A stretch of 64,000 bases of DNA from an uncultured Syntrophobacteraceae bacterium (GCA_964410485.1 CAYPHJ010000002.1:1311-65310); one strand, 5' to 3'; counted from the stretch's first letter, positions 30,127-40,357 are shown. A program made the numbers and translations. The notes: generated from the letters alone by a model not told the origin.

Positions 30127-31389
30127 ATGGCCAACGCGTGGCCTGTGAAATTGAACATCAAAGATTTAAGTCTGACGGAATTTGAAACTTATTTGACGGA
30201 ACATGGCCAACCGGCTTACCGCGCCAGGCAAGTGTGGCAGTGGTTGTACCAAAAGCAGGCAACTTCCTTTGCCGCAATGACCAATCTTTCCGCCTCGCTA
30301 CGTTCTCAGCTGGATCGCGATTTCACGATGAGCGGGCTTTCGTTGGCGCGCAAATCGGAGTCGAGCGATGGCACCGTAAAGTTTCTCTTTACCCTGGATG
30401 ATGACAAGACTATCGAAAGCGTGCTGATTCCGGAAACCAAGCGTCTCACGCTTTGTATTTCGACCCAAGCCGGGTGTGGGTTCGGCTGCGCCTTTTGCGC
30501 CACGGCGTTGTTGGGGTTAGAGCGCAACCTGCGCGCAAGTGAAATCATCGACCAAGTACTCGAAGTCAGTCGAACACTAGACCCTCACCCCTCCCTCTCC
30601 CAAAGGGAGAGGGTGGCAGCGAACGATGAAACACCATCCCCACCGCACAAGCGAGCTCTGGATTCCCGTCAAAAACACCCGGGAATGACGTACGGAGAAA
30701 GGCTGGAACAACCCTCTTTTGCCCTCTCCCTTCCAGGGAGAGGGAGGGGTGAGGGTTCGCCAAGTAGGATAACCCATGTCGTGCTCATGGGCATGGGTGA
30801 GCCGCTCGCCAATTACGGACAAACCTTGAAGGCGTTGGAAGTGCTTAGCGAGCCCAGTTGGGGCATTGGCATTTCGCCTCGAAGGATCACCTTGTCCACC
30901 GTCGGCTTGATTCCTCAAATGGAGAAGCTGATGGCAGAGACGCGCGTGAATCTTGCTGTTTCGTTACACGCCCCCAACGAAGCGCTGCGCAGCCGGCTGA
31001 TGCCCGTCAACCGGAAGTATTCGCTTAAGAAGCTCATGGAGGCCTGCCGTTCTCTGCCCATTCCGCGCCGCAAAAGGATCACGTTTGAATATGTGTTGCT
31101 GCGGGGCATAAACGATTCAGAGGAACATGCAGCAGAGCTCTGCAAGCTTCTTAAAGGCATTCGCTCTAAAGTGAATGTGATTCCTTTCAACCCGCATCCC
31201 GGCAGTAGCTTTCAACGACCGAAAGATACGGAAATAGAACGCTTTCAACAGGTCCTGCAATCTCAGGGCGTTCAAGTCAACGTACGCCGTCCGAGGGGCG
31301 ACGACATCCAGGCCGCCTGTGGGCAGCTGCAAGGAGAGGAGTCTCGGCCGCGGCGCAACTCTCTTGCCGTATTGACCGAGGCGCAATAA
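30127..31389 (+). CDS. rlmN: 23S rRNA/tRNA adenine-C2 methyltransferase RlmN (radical SAM) carrying an in-frame repeat-derived insertion
   Basis: It has the radical-SAM cluster motif 'GCGFGCAFCAT', 'HVVLMGMGEPLAN' and 'CGQL'. An alternative TTG start lies at 30112. About 55-58 extra residues sit between 'ASEIIDQVLEV' and 'ITHVVLMGMGEPL'. Confidence 0.9.
   Translation: MANAWPVKLNIKDLSLTEFETYLTEHGQPAYRARQVWQWLYQKQATSFAAMTNLSASLRSQLDRDFTMSGLSLARKSESSDGTVKFLFTLDDDKTIESVLIPETKRLTLCISTQAGCGFGCAFCATALLGLERNLRASEIIDQVLEVSRTLDPHPSLSQRERVAANDETPSPPHKRALDSRQKHPGMTYGERLEQPSFALSLPGRGRGEGSPSRITHVVLMGMGEPLANYGQTLKALEVLSEPSWGIGISPRRITLSTVGLIPQMEKLMAETRVNLAVSLHAPNEALRSRLMPVNRKYSLKKLMEACRSLPIPRRKRITFEYVLLRGINDSEEHAAELCKLLKGIRSKVNVIPFNPHPGSSFQRPKDTEIERFQQVLQSQGVQVNVRRPRGDDIQAACGQLQGEESRPRRNSLAVLTEAQ
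30581..30755. mobile_element. 175-bp composite palindromic element embedded in-frame in rlmN
   Basis: The termini are ACCCTCACCCCTCCCTCTCCC-AAA-GGGAGAGGG (30581..30613) and CCCTCTCCC-TTCCA-GGGAGAGGGAGGGGTGAGGGT (30722..30755). These are 21-nt perfect inverted repeats, each with its own hairpin. The interior holds CTGGATTCCCG..CCCGGGAATGAC (30658..30689), the reverse complement of the GTCATTC...GGAATCCAG module seen at 12352. Confidence 0.8.
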
Positions 31390-31395
31390 GCATCG

Positions 31396-32259
31396 ATGCG
31401 CAAAAGCATTCTTGGGGTCATTGGCGGCAGCGGGTTGTACCAGATGGAGGGTTTGGAAAAGGTACGCGAGGTGGGGGTCACGACTCCCTTCGGCAAGCCC
31501 TCGGACAAGCTCATCAAGGGATGGCTGGGAAAAACGGAGTTGCTGTTCCTGCCACGCCATGGCCGGGGCCACCGCCTGTTGCCAACCGAAATAAATTTTC
31601 GGGCAAACATTTTTGCCATGAAAAAGCTTGGCGTTGAGCGGCTCATTTCCGTCAGCGCTGTTGGCAGCTTGCGCGCGGAGATCGAACCGGGGCACATCGT
31701 CGTGCCGCATCAGTTTATTGACCGTACGACGCAACGCGCCAGCAGTTTTTTCGGCAGAGGAATCGTGGCGCACGTTAGTCTGGCAGATCCCTTTTGTAGC
31801 GAGTTTACGCGGCTACTCGCCCAGGCCGCAACGCAAGAAGGCGCCCCCGCGGTTCATGGGGAGGGAACTTACTTGTGCATGGAGGGGCCGCAGTTTTCAA
31901 CCCGAGCGGAATCAAATTTGTACCGAACTTGGGGAGCGGACGTTATCGGAATGACCAATCTTCAGGAGGCGAAACTGGCGCGCGAAGCGGAGATTTGTTT
32001 TGGCACGTTGGCGCTGGCCACGGACTATGACTGCTGGAATCAAGCCGCGGGGGACGTGGAAATTGAACACGTTCTGGCAGTACTCAAACAAAACGCGGAC
32101 CTGGCGCAACGGACGATCCGGCGGGTTGCCATGGCGCTGGGTGAGGCGCGTTCCTGCGCCTGTGCCTCTGCCTTAAAGGATGCTATTATTACCGACAGAT
32201 CGCGCATCCCGAGAAAGATCAGAAGCGATCTGCGACCAATCATCGGGAAGTACCTATGA
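31396..32259 (+). CDS. mtnP: S-methyl-5'-thioadenosine phosphorylase
   Basis: 287 aa with 'LGVIGGSGLY', 'FLPRHGRGH' and 'GMTNLQEAKLAREAEICF'. Confidence 0.92.
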   Translation: MRKSILGVIGGSGLYQMEGLEKVREVGVTTPFGKPSDKLIKGWLGKTELLFLPRHGRGHRLLPTEINFRANIFAMKKLGVERLISVSAVGSLRAEIEPGHIVVPHQFIDRTTQRASSFFGRGIVAHVSLADPFCSEFTRLLAQAATQEGAPAVHGEGTYLCMEGPQFSTRAESNLYRTWGADVIGMTNLQEAKLAREAEICFGTLALATDYDCWNQAAGDVEIEHVLAVLKQNADLAQRTIRRVAMALGEARSCACASALKDAIITDRSRIPRKIRSDLRPIIGKYL

Positions 32260-33161
32260 GCGTGCTGGTTGTCGGTACCGTTGCCTTCGATTCCATCGAG
32301 ACCCCGTTCGGCTCCGCGGAGCGGATCCTCGGGGGCTCCGCATCTTACTTTGCGTTGGCTGCAAGTTTCTTCACAAACGTGCGTCTCGTCGGTGTCGTAG
32401 GGCAGGATTTTCCTGGAGAGCACTTGGAGCTTTTTACGCAGCGGAGCATCGATCTGGAGGGCCTCCAAAGAGACAAGGGCGAAACGTTTCATTGGCGCGG
32501 CCGTTACCACGAAGACATCAATGTGCGCGACACCCTGGAATTGCACCTGAACGTCGTAGAAGGATTTGTGCCGCGTTTGCCCGAGCGTTATCGCGATGCC
32601 GAATACGTCTTTCTGGGCAACATCGATCCATGTATACAGATTGAAGTTTTGGAACAGCTGCGGCGGGTGAAGCTGGTCGCGTGCGATACCATGGATCATT
32701 GGATTCGTGAGAGCCTCGAGCACCTCAAAAACGTCCTGCAACGCGTCGAGGTCCTGGTTATCAATGACTCGGAGGCGCGCCTACTAAGCGGCTATAACAA
32801 TATCGTTCGGGCGGCGCGCGCGATCTTGAAAATGGGCCCGCGCGTGGTCTTAATCAAGCGCGGCGAGTATGGAGTGTTGCAGTTCACCGATTCATCGGTC
32901 TTTGCGACTCCCGCCTATCCGTTGGAGGAGGTATTCGACCCCACGGGGGCCGGAGACTCATTCGCCGGGGGCTTTCTTGGCCAGCTGGCGCGGACGGAGG
33001 ATGAGAGCCAACGAGGCTTTCGCCGGGCTATTGTCTACGGTTCGGTGGTCGCGTCGTTTACAGTCGAGGATTTTGGCGTGAAGCGTTTGGCGACAACCTC
33101 TCTGGCCGATATCGAGGACCGCTACCAGCGCTTCGTACGATTGACGGACTTTCAGACGTGA
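32256..33161 (+). CDS. PfkB-family carbohydrate/nucleoside kinase
   Basis: 301 aa with the 'DPTGAGDSFAGGFL' PfkB signature 2. The start overlaps the mtnP stop codon. Confidence 0.85.
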   Translation: MSVLVVGTVAFDSIETPFGSAERILGGSASYFALAASFFTNVRLVGVVGQDFPGEHLELFTQRSIDLEGLQRDKGETFHWRGRYHEDINVRDTLELHLNVVEGFVPRLPERYRDAEYVFLGNIDPCIQIEVLEQLRRVKLVACDTMDHWIRESLEHLKNVLQRVEVLVINDSEARLLSGYNNIVRAARAILKMGPRVVLIKRGEYGVLQFTDSSVFATPAYPLEEVFDPTGAGDSFAGGFLGQLARTEDESQRGFRRAIVYGSVVASFTVEDFGVKRLATTSLADIEDRYQRFVRLTDFQT

Positions 33162-33233
33162 CCCTCTAGCAATGCTGGCACGAACCTGCCTCGAACGCAT
33201 GGGCTTATGCTCGCTCGTAGAGAATGAAACCTG

Positions 33234-33266
33234 CCCTCACCCTCGCCCTCTCCCGGAGGGAGAGCG
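33234..33266. repeat. Solo hairpin of the CCCTCACCC..CCCTCTCCC-GGGAGAG family
   Basis: CCCTCACCCTCGCCCTCTCCCGGAGGGAGAGCG has the same module as the termini of the rlmN insertion. Confidence 0.8.
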
Positions 33267-33396
33267 AATCGCGGAACAAGCAAACCTTTCATGCAAGCCG
33301 GCCGTCCTTGGCGATTTCAACCAATCGGATGGTTTTCTTATCCTCGCCCTTTGGCAGGGAGGAACGCGTGAACAACCTCGTTCCGGCTACCATGTA

Positions 33397-33420
33397 GGGG
33401 CAGACCTGTGTGTCTGCCCC
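33397..33420. repeat. GGGGCAGAC...GTCTGCCCC hairpin repeat
   Basis: GGGGCAGACCTGTGTGTCTGCCCC forms a 9-bp stem (GGGGCAGAC / GTCTGCCCC) around a 6-nt loop. A related hairpin lies at 45839..45861. Confidence 0.75.
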
Positions 33421-33548
33421 AAGCGACAACGCAGGGCCGGCCGCACACATTCCCGATACCGAATCCCGTTCGTGAGGGTAAATCTTCCAAAAGCGCGGGA
33501 GTGGCGCGTGTTAGTAGTCAGAGAAGCTCTAGCTGAAGGAGAAGGGGC

Positions 33549-34853
33549 ATGAAGATCGCGGTTGTTGGGACGGGCTATGTAGGTCTGGTGGCGGGTACCT
33601 GTTTTGCTGAGACCGGCAATGACGTTATCTGTGTCGATATCGATGAACAAAAAATCTCGACGCTGCAACAGGGAAAAGTTCCTATTTACGAACCCGGGTT
33701 GGAAGAAATGGTCCGGCGCAATCTTGAAGAGCAGCGGTTGTCTTTTACCATGGACCTGGATGTTGCGGTGAAACAATCCACTGTCATCTTCATCGCAGTG
33801 GGAACGCCGCAGGGGCCCAATGGTGTTGCTAACCTGGAATTCGTTCGTTCGACGGCTAAACAGATCGCCAGAGCGATGGATGGCTACAGGATTATCGTGA
33901 CGAAAAGCACCGTTCCGGTAGGCACAGCCGATCGGATTACCGGCTGGGTCGCGGAAGAAACTCCGCATGCTTTCGCAGTGATTTCCAATCCGGAATTTCT
34001 CAAGGAAGGGGCGGCGGTGGAGGACTTCATGAAGCCCGACCGCGTTGTTCTAGGCGGGAACAACGCCGAGGCTTTGGAGGCCCTCAAAGAGCTATACGAA
34101 CCGTTTGTGCGTACCGGCAATCCCATTCTCGTGATGGATAGCCGTAGCGCCGAGATGAGCAAGTATGCGGCCAACGCCATGCTCGCCACCAAGATTTCTT
34201 TCATCAACGAAGTGGCGCGCCTGTGCGAGACCGTAGGCGCCGACGTCGCGGAGGTTCGCCGCGCCATTGGTCTGGACCGGCGCGTGGGTCCCCACTTCAT
34301 TTTTCCGGGACTGGGCTATGGCGGTTCCTGTTTTCCTAAGGATATACGGGCGATGATCAGCATGGGCGGCAATCATTCCGAGATGATCCTGCTCAAGTCG
34401 GTAGAGAAAGTAAACGAGCGGCAAAAAATCTTCATGGTCGAGAAAGTTATGCGGCATTTTGGCCGGAAGCTGTCCGGTCTGACCTTCGCTGTCTGGGGGC
34501 TGGCGTTCAAGCCTCGCACCGACGACATGAGAGATGCCCCCTCCATTACCGTTATAGAGGCTCTCCTGGCTGCGGAGGCGCGCATTCAGGCTTACGATCC
34601 CGAAGCCATGGAAGAGGCAAGGAAGATCTTTGGCGATCGCATCGATTATGCCAAGCGGAACTACGACGCGCTGCCCGGGGCGGATGGTTTGTTGGTTCTC
34701 ACTGAATGGAACGAGTTTCGCCGTCCCGATTTCCCGCGCATCAAGGAGTTGCTCAAGCAAGCGGTGGTCTTCGATGGACGCAATATCTACGATGCGGCGG
34801 AATTGAGGAAGCTTGGTTTTAAATACTACTCGATTGGGCGGCGCGATGGCTAA
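33549..34853 (+). CDS. ugd: UDP-glucose 6-dehydrogenase
   Basis: 434 aa with '[14 protein letters not shown]' and the catalytic '[10 protein letters not shown]'. Confidence 0.95.
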   Translation: MKIAVVGTGYVGLVAGTCFAETGNDVICVDIDEQKISTLQQGKVPIYEPGLEEMVRRNLEEQRLSFTMDLDVAVKQSTVIFIAVGTPQGPNGVANLEFVRSTAKQIARAMDGYRIIVTKSTVPVGTADRITGWVAEETPHAFAVISNPEFLKEGAAVEDFMKPDRVVLGGNNAEALEALKELYEPFVRTGNPILVMDSRSAEMSKYAANAMLATKISFINEVARLCETVGADVAEVRRAIGLDRRVGPHFIFPGLGYGGSCFPKDIRAMISMGGNHSEMILLKSVEKVNERQKIFMVEKVMRHFGRKLSGLTFAVWGLAFKPRTDDMRDAPSITVIEALLAAEARIQAYDPEAMEEARKIFGDRIDYAKRNYDALPGADGLLVLTEWNEFRRPDFPRIKELLKQAVVFDGRNIYDAAELRKLGFKYYSIGRRDG

Positions 34854-35793
34854 ATACCTGATTACCGGTGGTGCGGGCTTTATCGGCTCTCATCTGTGCG
34901 AGCATTTTCTCAAACAGGGCCATGACGTTATCTGTATGGACAATTACTCGACCGGCGCCCAGGAAAACATCGCCGGTTTCGCCGCGCATCCGAGATTCAG
35001 CTTCGTAAACCATAACGTCAGCACGTTTATTGATGTGCCCGGTCCGGTAGACTGCGTGCTCCATTTTGCGTCGCCGGCAAGTCCGGTGGATTACCTGGAT
35101 CTGCCCATTCCTACGCTCAAGGTTGGCTCCCTCGGCACTCACAACGCGCTGGGACTGGCAAAGGCCAAACGGGCGGTGTTTCTCCTTGCCTCGACGTCCG
35201 AGGTGTACGGTGATCCCCTGGTGCGCCCACAAAACGAAGAGTACTGGGGCAATGTCAACCCGGTGGGGCCTCGTGGGGTGTACGACGAAGCCAAACGTTT
35301 TGCCGAAGCTATAACCATGGCCTATCATCGTTATCATGGTTTGGACACTCGTATCGTTAGAATTTTCAACACATACGGTCCGCGCATGCGAATGCGCGAT
35401 GGCCGTGTCGTACCCAATTTCATCATTCAGGCGTTGAAAGGGGATCCGCTAACCGTCTATGGCAAAGGTGAGCAGACCCGCAGCTTTCAATATATCGACG
35501 ACCTCGTGGCGGGCATTGATCTGTTGCTGCGTTCGACGGAGCACTTGCCGGTCAACATCGGCAACCCGCAGGAGATGACCGTCCTTCAGTTTGCCAAAAA
35601 GATACTGGAATTGACCGGCTCCAACAGCGCCATCGTGTACAAGCCGCTGCCTCAGGACGATCCGCAGGTGCGGCAACCCGATATTTCCAAGGCCCGAAGA
35701 ATCCTTGGATGGGAACCCAAGGTGTCTCTCGATGAAGGGTTGGTGAAAACCGTTGAATACTTTCGCCGGCACTTGAAGGAGCAGCAAACGTGA
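34846..35793 (+). CDS. uxs: UDP-glucuronate decarboxylase (UDP-xylose synthase)
   Basis: The start is re-set to '[16 protein letters not shown]' (ATG at 34846, overlapping the ugd stop codon). It has 'YDEAKRFAE' and '[10 protein letters not shown]'. Confidence 0.88.
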   Translation: MAKYLITGGAGFIGSHLCEHFLKQGHDVICMDNYSTGAQENIAGFAAHPRFSFVNHNVSTFIDVPGPVDCVLHFASPASPVDYLDLPIPTLKVGSLGTHNALGLAKAKRAVFLLASTSEVYGDPLVRPQNEEYWGNVNPVGPRGVYDEAKRFAEAITMAYHRYHGLDTRIVRIFNTYGPRMRMRDGRVVPNFIIQALKGDPLTVYGKGEQTRSFQYIDDLVAGIDLLLRSTEHLPVNIGNPQEMTVLQFAKKILELTGSNSAIVYKPLPQDDPQVRQPDISKARRILGWEPKVSLDEGLVKTVEYFRRHLKEQQT

Positions 35794-36716
35794 GAATAGT
35801 CGTCACGGGCGGCGCGGGTTTTATCGCATCCCATGTAGTCGACGCGTACCTGGAGCAGGGTCACGATGTCACGATCATCGATGACTTTTCCACCGGGCAG
35901 CAGGCCAATATCAATCCTCAGGCCACAATCCACCGTTTGGATATCTCGGACCCGCTGGCGGCCAAATTGATTGCAGAGGTCAAGCCGGATGTGCTGAATC
36001 ACCACGCGGCGCAAATGGACGTGCGGCGCTCGGTTGCCGATCCGGCCTTCGACGCCCGGGTCAACATCATTGGTTTTGTTAATCTGCTTGAAGCATGTAA
36101 AGATACCGGCATAAAAAAAGTTATTTTTTCTTCGTCCGGGGGGGCGATTTACGGCGACGAACAGCCCATACCGGCCAGCGAAGAGCACGCGACTCTACCA
36201 CTAAGTCCGTATGGCGTGAGTAAGTTGAGCGGCGAATTTTATCTAACCTATTACCACCTGGTGTTCGGACTGCCATACGTGGCGCTGCGCTATGCCAATG
36301 TTTACGGGCCGCGCCAGTCAAACCACGGCGAAGCCGGTGTCGTCGCCATTTTTATCTCTAGATTTCTTGCCGGGCAAAAGCCGGTGATCAACGGCGATGG
36401 CAAGCAGACCCGAGATTATGTATTTGTCGGCGACGTTGTGAAAGCCAACCTTGCGGCCCTCGAAACGTCTTACAGTGGTGCCGTAAACATTGGGACCGCC
36501 AAGGAGACGGATGTGGTGACCCTGTGCCGGTTGTTGCGCGAAGCTCTGGAGTCCAGCATTGAGCCGGTTCACGGGCCGGCCAAAACCGGCGAGCAGCGGC
36601 GCAGCTGCCTCGAGATTTCCCGCGCGGCCAAGGTTCTGGGCTGGCATCCGCGGACCGAGTTGAAAGACGGATTGGCGCAAACCGTGGCTTTTTGCCGCAC
36701 GACGCAGGTTTCATGA
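35790..36716 (+). CDS. NAD-dependent nucleotide-sugar epimerase (GalE-like short-chain dehydrogenase)
   Basis: 308 aa with a GTG start overlapping the uxs stop codon. It has '[12 protein letters not shown]' and 'YGVSKLSGE' (the YxxxK motif). Confidence 0.85.
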   Translation: MRIVVTGGAGFIASHVVDAYLEQGHDVTIIDDFSTGQQANINPQATIHRLDISDPLAAKLIAEVKPDVLNHHAAQMDVRRSVADPAFDARVNIIGFVNLLEACKDTGIKKVIFSSSGGAIYGDEQPIPASEEHATLPLSPYGVSKLSGEFYLTYYHLVFGLPYVALRYANVYGPRQSNHGEAGVVAIFISRFLAGQKPVINGDGKQTRDYVFVGDVVKANLAALETSYSGAVNIGTAKETDVVTLCRLLREALESSIEPVHGPAKTGEQRRSCLEISRAAKVLGWHPRTELKDGLAQTVAFCRTTQVS

Positions 36717-38506
36717 ATTTGGAGCACATTAGAAATTTTTCGATCATCGCCCACATCGACCACGGCAAGTCGACCCTTGCCGATCGCCTGTTGGAATTTA
36801 CCGGCGCAGTTAGCCAGCGCGAGAAAACCGATCAGATCCTTGACAGTATGGAGCTGGAGCGCGAGCGCGGCATCACCATCAAAGCGAGCCCTGTCTGCTT
36901 GCGCTATCGCGCCAAAGATGGCCAGGAGTACAAGCTAAATTTGATTGATACGCCGGGCCACGTCGATTTCACGTACGAGGTGTCGCGCAGTCTGGCCGCT
37001 TGTGAGGGAGCTTTGCTGGTGGTGGATGCAGCCCAGGGGGTTGAGGCGCAAACGGTGGCAAATGTTCATATGGCGCTGGATCACGATCTGGAGATTCTCC
37101 CGGTGATCAACAAGATTGATCTCCCCAGCGCGGAACCAGAGCGCGTGCAAAAGGAAATCGAGGACGTCATCGGTCTCGATGCGTCCAACGCGATTCTCGC
37201 CAGCGCCAAAGAAGGGATCGGGACGGAGCAGATCCTGGAGGGAATTGTGCGCCACCTTCCCCCGCCCAGAGGAGACCCCGAGGGACGCTTGCGGGCGTTG
37301 ATTATCGATAGTTGGTTCGATCCGTACCACGGCGCGGTGGTCATGCTGCGTCTATTCGACGGCATGCTGCGCAAGGGCGCGCGCATTCGCATGGTGTCGA
37401 GCGGCCGGAGCTTCGAGGTGACGCGCCTTGGAATATTTGCGCCCGGACCTGTCGAAGTTGCTGAGATGCGTGCAGGCGAAGTCGGTTTTCTGATGGCGGG
37501 CATCAAGGAGGTTACGGAGACTCGAATAGGGGATACCATCACTGCTGAAGACGACCCCGCGAGCGAGCCGTTGCCGGGTTTCAAGCCCATGAAGCCGATG
37601 GTTTTCAGTGGTCTTTACCCCACAGACGCCGGACAGTACCAGGCTCTGCGCGAGGCGCTGGACAAGCTGCGACTCAACGATTCCTCGTTTACCTTTGAGC
37701 CGGAGACCTCCCAGGCCCTCGGTTTTGGTTTCCGTTGCGGGTTTTTAGGGTTGCTCCATATGGATATCGTGCGCGAGCGACTCGAACGCGAGTTTGCCCT
37801 GACCCTGATCACCACGGCCGCGACGGTTGTCTATCAAGTGGCCACCGTCAAGGGAGAAACGCTATACATTGACAATCCCGTGAAGCTCCCGCCAGAATCG
37901 GAGATCGAGCGCATCGAAGAACCGGCCATTTTGGCCACTGTCCATGTGCCGCAGGAGTTTCTCGGCGCCGTACTCGGCTTGTGTGAGGAAAAGCGTGGTA
38001 CGCAAAAGGAAATTCGTTATCTAGGCCCGAAAAGGGTGATGCTCATGTACGAGCTGCCGCTCAACGAGATCGTTGTTGATTTTTATGACCGGCTGAAGTC
38101 GGTCAGTCGCGGCTATGCCTCTATGGATTACGAGATCGCGGGCTACCGGCCGGCAGATTTGGTCAAATTGGATGTCCGGATCAATGGTGATATTGTGGAT
38201 GCGATGTCTATGATCGTGCACCGTGACAAAGCCTACTATCGCGGCCGCGATCTGGTGCAGCGGATGCGCGAGTTGATTCCTCGACAGCTATTCGAAGTCG
38301 TTATTCAAGCCGCCATCGGAAGCCGAGTGATTGCGCGGGAGTCGGTCAAGCCGCTGCGCAAGAACGTGACGGCAAAATGCTATGGCGGCGACATCACGCG
38401 CAAGCGCAAGCTGTTGGAGAAACAAAAAGAAGGCAAAAAAAGAATGAAACAAGTCGGCAGAGTCGAGATTCCTCAGGAGGCCTTTCTCGCGGCCTTGAAA
38501 GTCTAA
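36713..38506 (+). CDS. lepA: Translation elongation factor 4 (LepA)
   Basis: The start is re-set to '[21 protein letters not shown]' (ATG at 36713). It has the canonical 'DTPGHVDF' and 'NKID' motifs and the LepA C-terminal domain. Confidence 0.97.
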   Translation: MNLEHIRNFSIIAHIDHGKSTLADRLLEFTGAVSQREKTDQILDSMELERERGITIKASPVCLRYRAKDGQEYKLNLIDTPGHVDFTYEVSRSLAACEGALLVVDAAQGVEAQTVANVHMALDHDLEILPVINKIDLPSAEPERVQKEIEDVIGLDASNAILASAKEGIGTEQILEGIVRHLPPPRGDPEGRLRALIIDSWFDPYHGAVVMLRLFDGMLRKGARIRMVSSGRSFEVTRLGIFAPGPVEVAEMRAGEVGFLMAGIKEVTETRIGDTITAEDDPASEPLPGFKPMKPMVFSGLYPTDAGQYQALREALDKLRLNDSSFTFEPETSQALGFGFRCGFLGLLHMDIVRERLEREFALTLITTAATVVYQVATVKGETLYIDNPVKLPPESEIERIEEPAILATVHVPQEFLGAVLGLCEEKRGTQKEIRYLGPKRVMLMYELPLNEIVVDFYDRLKSVSRGYASMDYEIAGYRPADLVKLDVRINGDIVDAMSMIVHRDKAYYRGRDLVQRMRELIPRQLFEVVIQAAIGSRVIARESVKPLRKNVTAKCYGGDITRKRKLLEKQKEGKKRMKQVGRVEIPQEAFLAALKV

Positions 38507-38516
38507 CGGAGAGTTC

Positions 38517-39185
38517 ATGTCGTTGCACAAAAGCGGGAAGCTCAAAGAACAAGCCGCGGCCGAAGGTCGATCTGCCATTAAGACCAAGTCAACATTCCGG
38601 GAATACGTTGAAGCCATCGGCATGGCGCTGCTGTTGGCTTTGTTCATTCGCACTTTTATCGTTCAAGCCTTCAAGATTCCCTCCGGGTCCATGATTCCGA
38701 CGCTGCAAATCGGCGACCATATTCTGGTCAATAAGCTGTCCTACGGTATCCGCGTTCCTTTCTGGGAGAACTATCTCGTCAATTATGGACAGATTCAGCG
38801 CGGGGACGTCGTCGTGTTCGTGTTCCCGGAAGATCGCTCGAAGGACTTTATTAAACGGGTGATAGGGGTGCCGGGTGACACCGTGGAGGTTCGCGGGAAA
38901 AAAGTTTTTATCAACGGCAAGGAAGTCGACGATCCCCACGCTCACTTCGAAGGTGACGATCCCCAGTTCATGGCCCTGCACACGCGTGACGATTACGGTC
39001 CAAAAATCGTCCCTCCCCACCAGTTGTTCGTCCTTGGAGACAATCGCGATAAGAGTTATGACAGCCGCTTTTGGGGATTCGTCGATCTGAAGGATGTGAG
39101 GGGCAAAGCGTTTTTGATCTACTGGTCGTGGGATGGCACCGATCGCTGGGTGCGCTGGGAGCGGCTGGGCAGTCTGATTTATTAG
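38517..39185 (+). CDS. lepB: Signal peptidase I
   Basis: 222 aa with the catalytic 'SGSMIPTL', the 'KRVIGVPGD' Lys box and 'GDNRDKSYDSRFWG'. Confidence 0.95.
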   Translation: MSLHKSGKLKEQAAAEGRSAIKTKSTFREYVEAIGMALLLALFIRTFIVQAFKIPSGSMIPTLQIGDHILVNKLSYGIRVPFWENYLVNYGQIQRGDVVVFVFPEDRSKDFIKRVIGVPGDTVEVRGKKVFINGKEVDDPHAHFEGDDPQFMALHTRDDYGPKIVPPHQLFVLGDNRDKSYDSRFWGFVDLKDVRGKAFLIYWSWDGTDRWVRWERLGSLIY

Positions 39186-39199
39186 AACCGTGGTCTTTT

Positions 39200-39244
39200 C
39201 TCGTGCTCGGCTCGGACAACACGAGTCACGAACACGGATCACGA
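39200..39244. repeat. Unit-array hairpin, CTCGTG / CACGA family (second copy)
   Basis: CTCGTGCTCGGCTCGG...CACGAGTCACGAACACGGATCACGA, directly after the lepB stop codon. Confidence 0.75.
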
Positions 39245-39266
39245 AATTTTCGCGTCGAGATCACCG

Positions 39267-39557
39267 ATGGCTTTTCTAGGAAAAATTGGCATTCTCACGC
39301 CTTTGGCAGGCTTGATCCTGGTCCTGGTCGTCTTGAACGTGCTGCTGAGCCTCGGCAATCAGTCGCTCCGCCAGGACGTCAATGAACGGCAGCAGATCGT
39401 TACGCAGACATTTCAGGTCGAAGCTTTGAATCGGGAGATCATCGGCGTTTTGGCCGGTATCGCGCTCGAGGAAAAAGATCAACAGCTGCTGGAGTTGCTG
39501 GCAGCTCACGGCATTACGTTTGGCCTGCCGCCGCCGGGGGGAAAAGCGGCAAAATAG
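39267..39557 (+). CDS. Hypothetical small membrane-anchored protein
   Basis: 96 aa with an N-terminal TM segment 'ILTPLAGLILVLVVLNVLLSL' followed by a Q/E-rich helix. No family was recognised. Confidence 0.5.
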   Translation: MAFLGKIGILTPLAGLILVLVVLNVLLSLGNQSLRQDVNERQQIVTQTFQVEALNREIIGVLAGIALEEKDQQLLELLAAHGITFGLPPPGGKAAK

Positions 39558-39565
39558 ACGTTGTT

Positions 39566-39907
39566 ATGGAAATTGAACCACGGCCCAGTGAAGAGGTTTC
39601 CAATGAGGAGCGTACGGAGCTTTCGCGTGTCGAGAGACCGGCGTCTCGCGTTCCTCAGATTTTGACGATTATAGCTCTGCTGCTGTGGTTTGGGTTTCAG
39701 ACTATAGAGCTGGCGGTAGAGCGCAGTCATTTGACCGCCTTTAGACAGACTCTCGAAGGAGCCACACAAGAAGCGCAAAAAATTCAAGCCCAGTTGCAGG
39801 GTCTGATCACCAAAACCGCGGAGCTAGCCGCCAAGGGCCATCCCGGAGCCAAAAAAGCCGCCGCCGAGCTCGAGAAACGCGGCATCCCGATCAGGCCCAC
39901 GCAGTAA
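39566..39907 (+). CDS. Hypothetical small membrane protein with C-terminal coiled coil
   Basis: 113 aa with an acidic N-terminus, the TM segment 'ILTIIALLLWFGFQTI' and a helical Q/A/K-rich tail. It starts 8 nt after the previous ORF. Confidence 0.5.
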   Translation: MEIEPRPSEEVSNEERTELSRVERPASRVPQILTIIALLLWFGFQTIELAVERSHLTAFRQTLEGATQEAQKIQAQLQGLITKTAELAAKGHPGAKKAAAELEKRGIPIRPTQ

Positions 39908-40016
39908 GGGCCGGCATATGCTTCGTGGCCGTTGTACCACTATGTTCGAGACTTTTCGCGGCGCGCGTAATCAGTTGTACGTTGTAACGTCCTGAGTTGG
40001 TAAGCAAATACCATTG

Positions 40017-40084
40017 CACCACGAAGGACGTGAAGAATACGAAGTTCGGATAAGGGGTTCGAAAAAACCTTTCTTCCTTCGTGC
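40017..40084. repeat. Unit-array hairpin, CACGAAGG family (copy A2)
   Basis: CACCACGAAGGA CGTGAAGAA TACGAAGTT, a loop, then CCTTCGTGC. Confidence 0.85.
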
Positions 40085-40099
40085 TCCCCTAAACCCCAA

Positions 40100-40200
40100 C
40101 TGTCATTCTGAGGAGCGCTGCGACGAAGAATCTGTCTTTTTCTTCCAGACGGAACAAGAACCATAAAAAGCAGATCCCTCACTTCCGTTCGGGATGACAG
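40100..40200. mobile_element. MITE-like element, GTCATTCTGAGG..GAAGAATCTG / CAGATCCCTC..GGGATGACAG
   Basis: The inverted termini were read directly. It belongs to the same family as 23849..23941. Confidence 0.75.
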
Positions 40201-40357
40201 TCCTGTGGTGGCGGGACAGATCGTGGGCCACTTTCATCGTATGTGGGCGAGCGTAAGATCATGAAACACTCGTGATGAATGATTTCATTGAGCACATGTG
40301 AGAAGGTGCTAACTGCCGCAAGGCCCAGAGGACCTAGAAGAACCAAGAAATCAGCAC

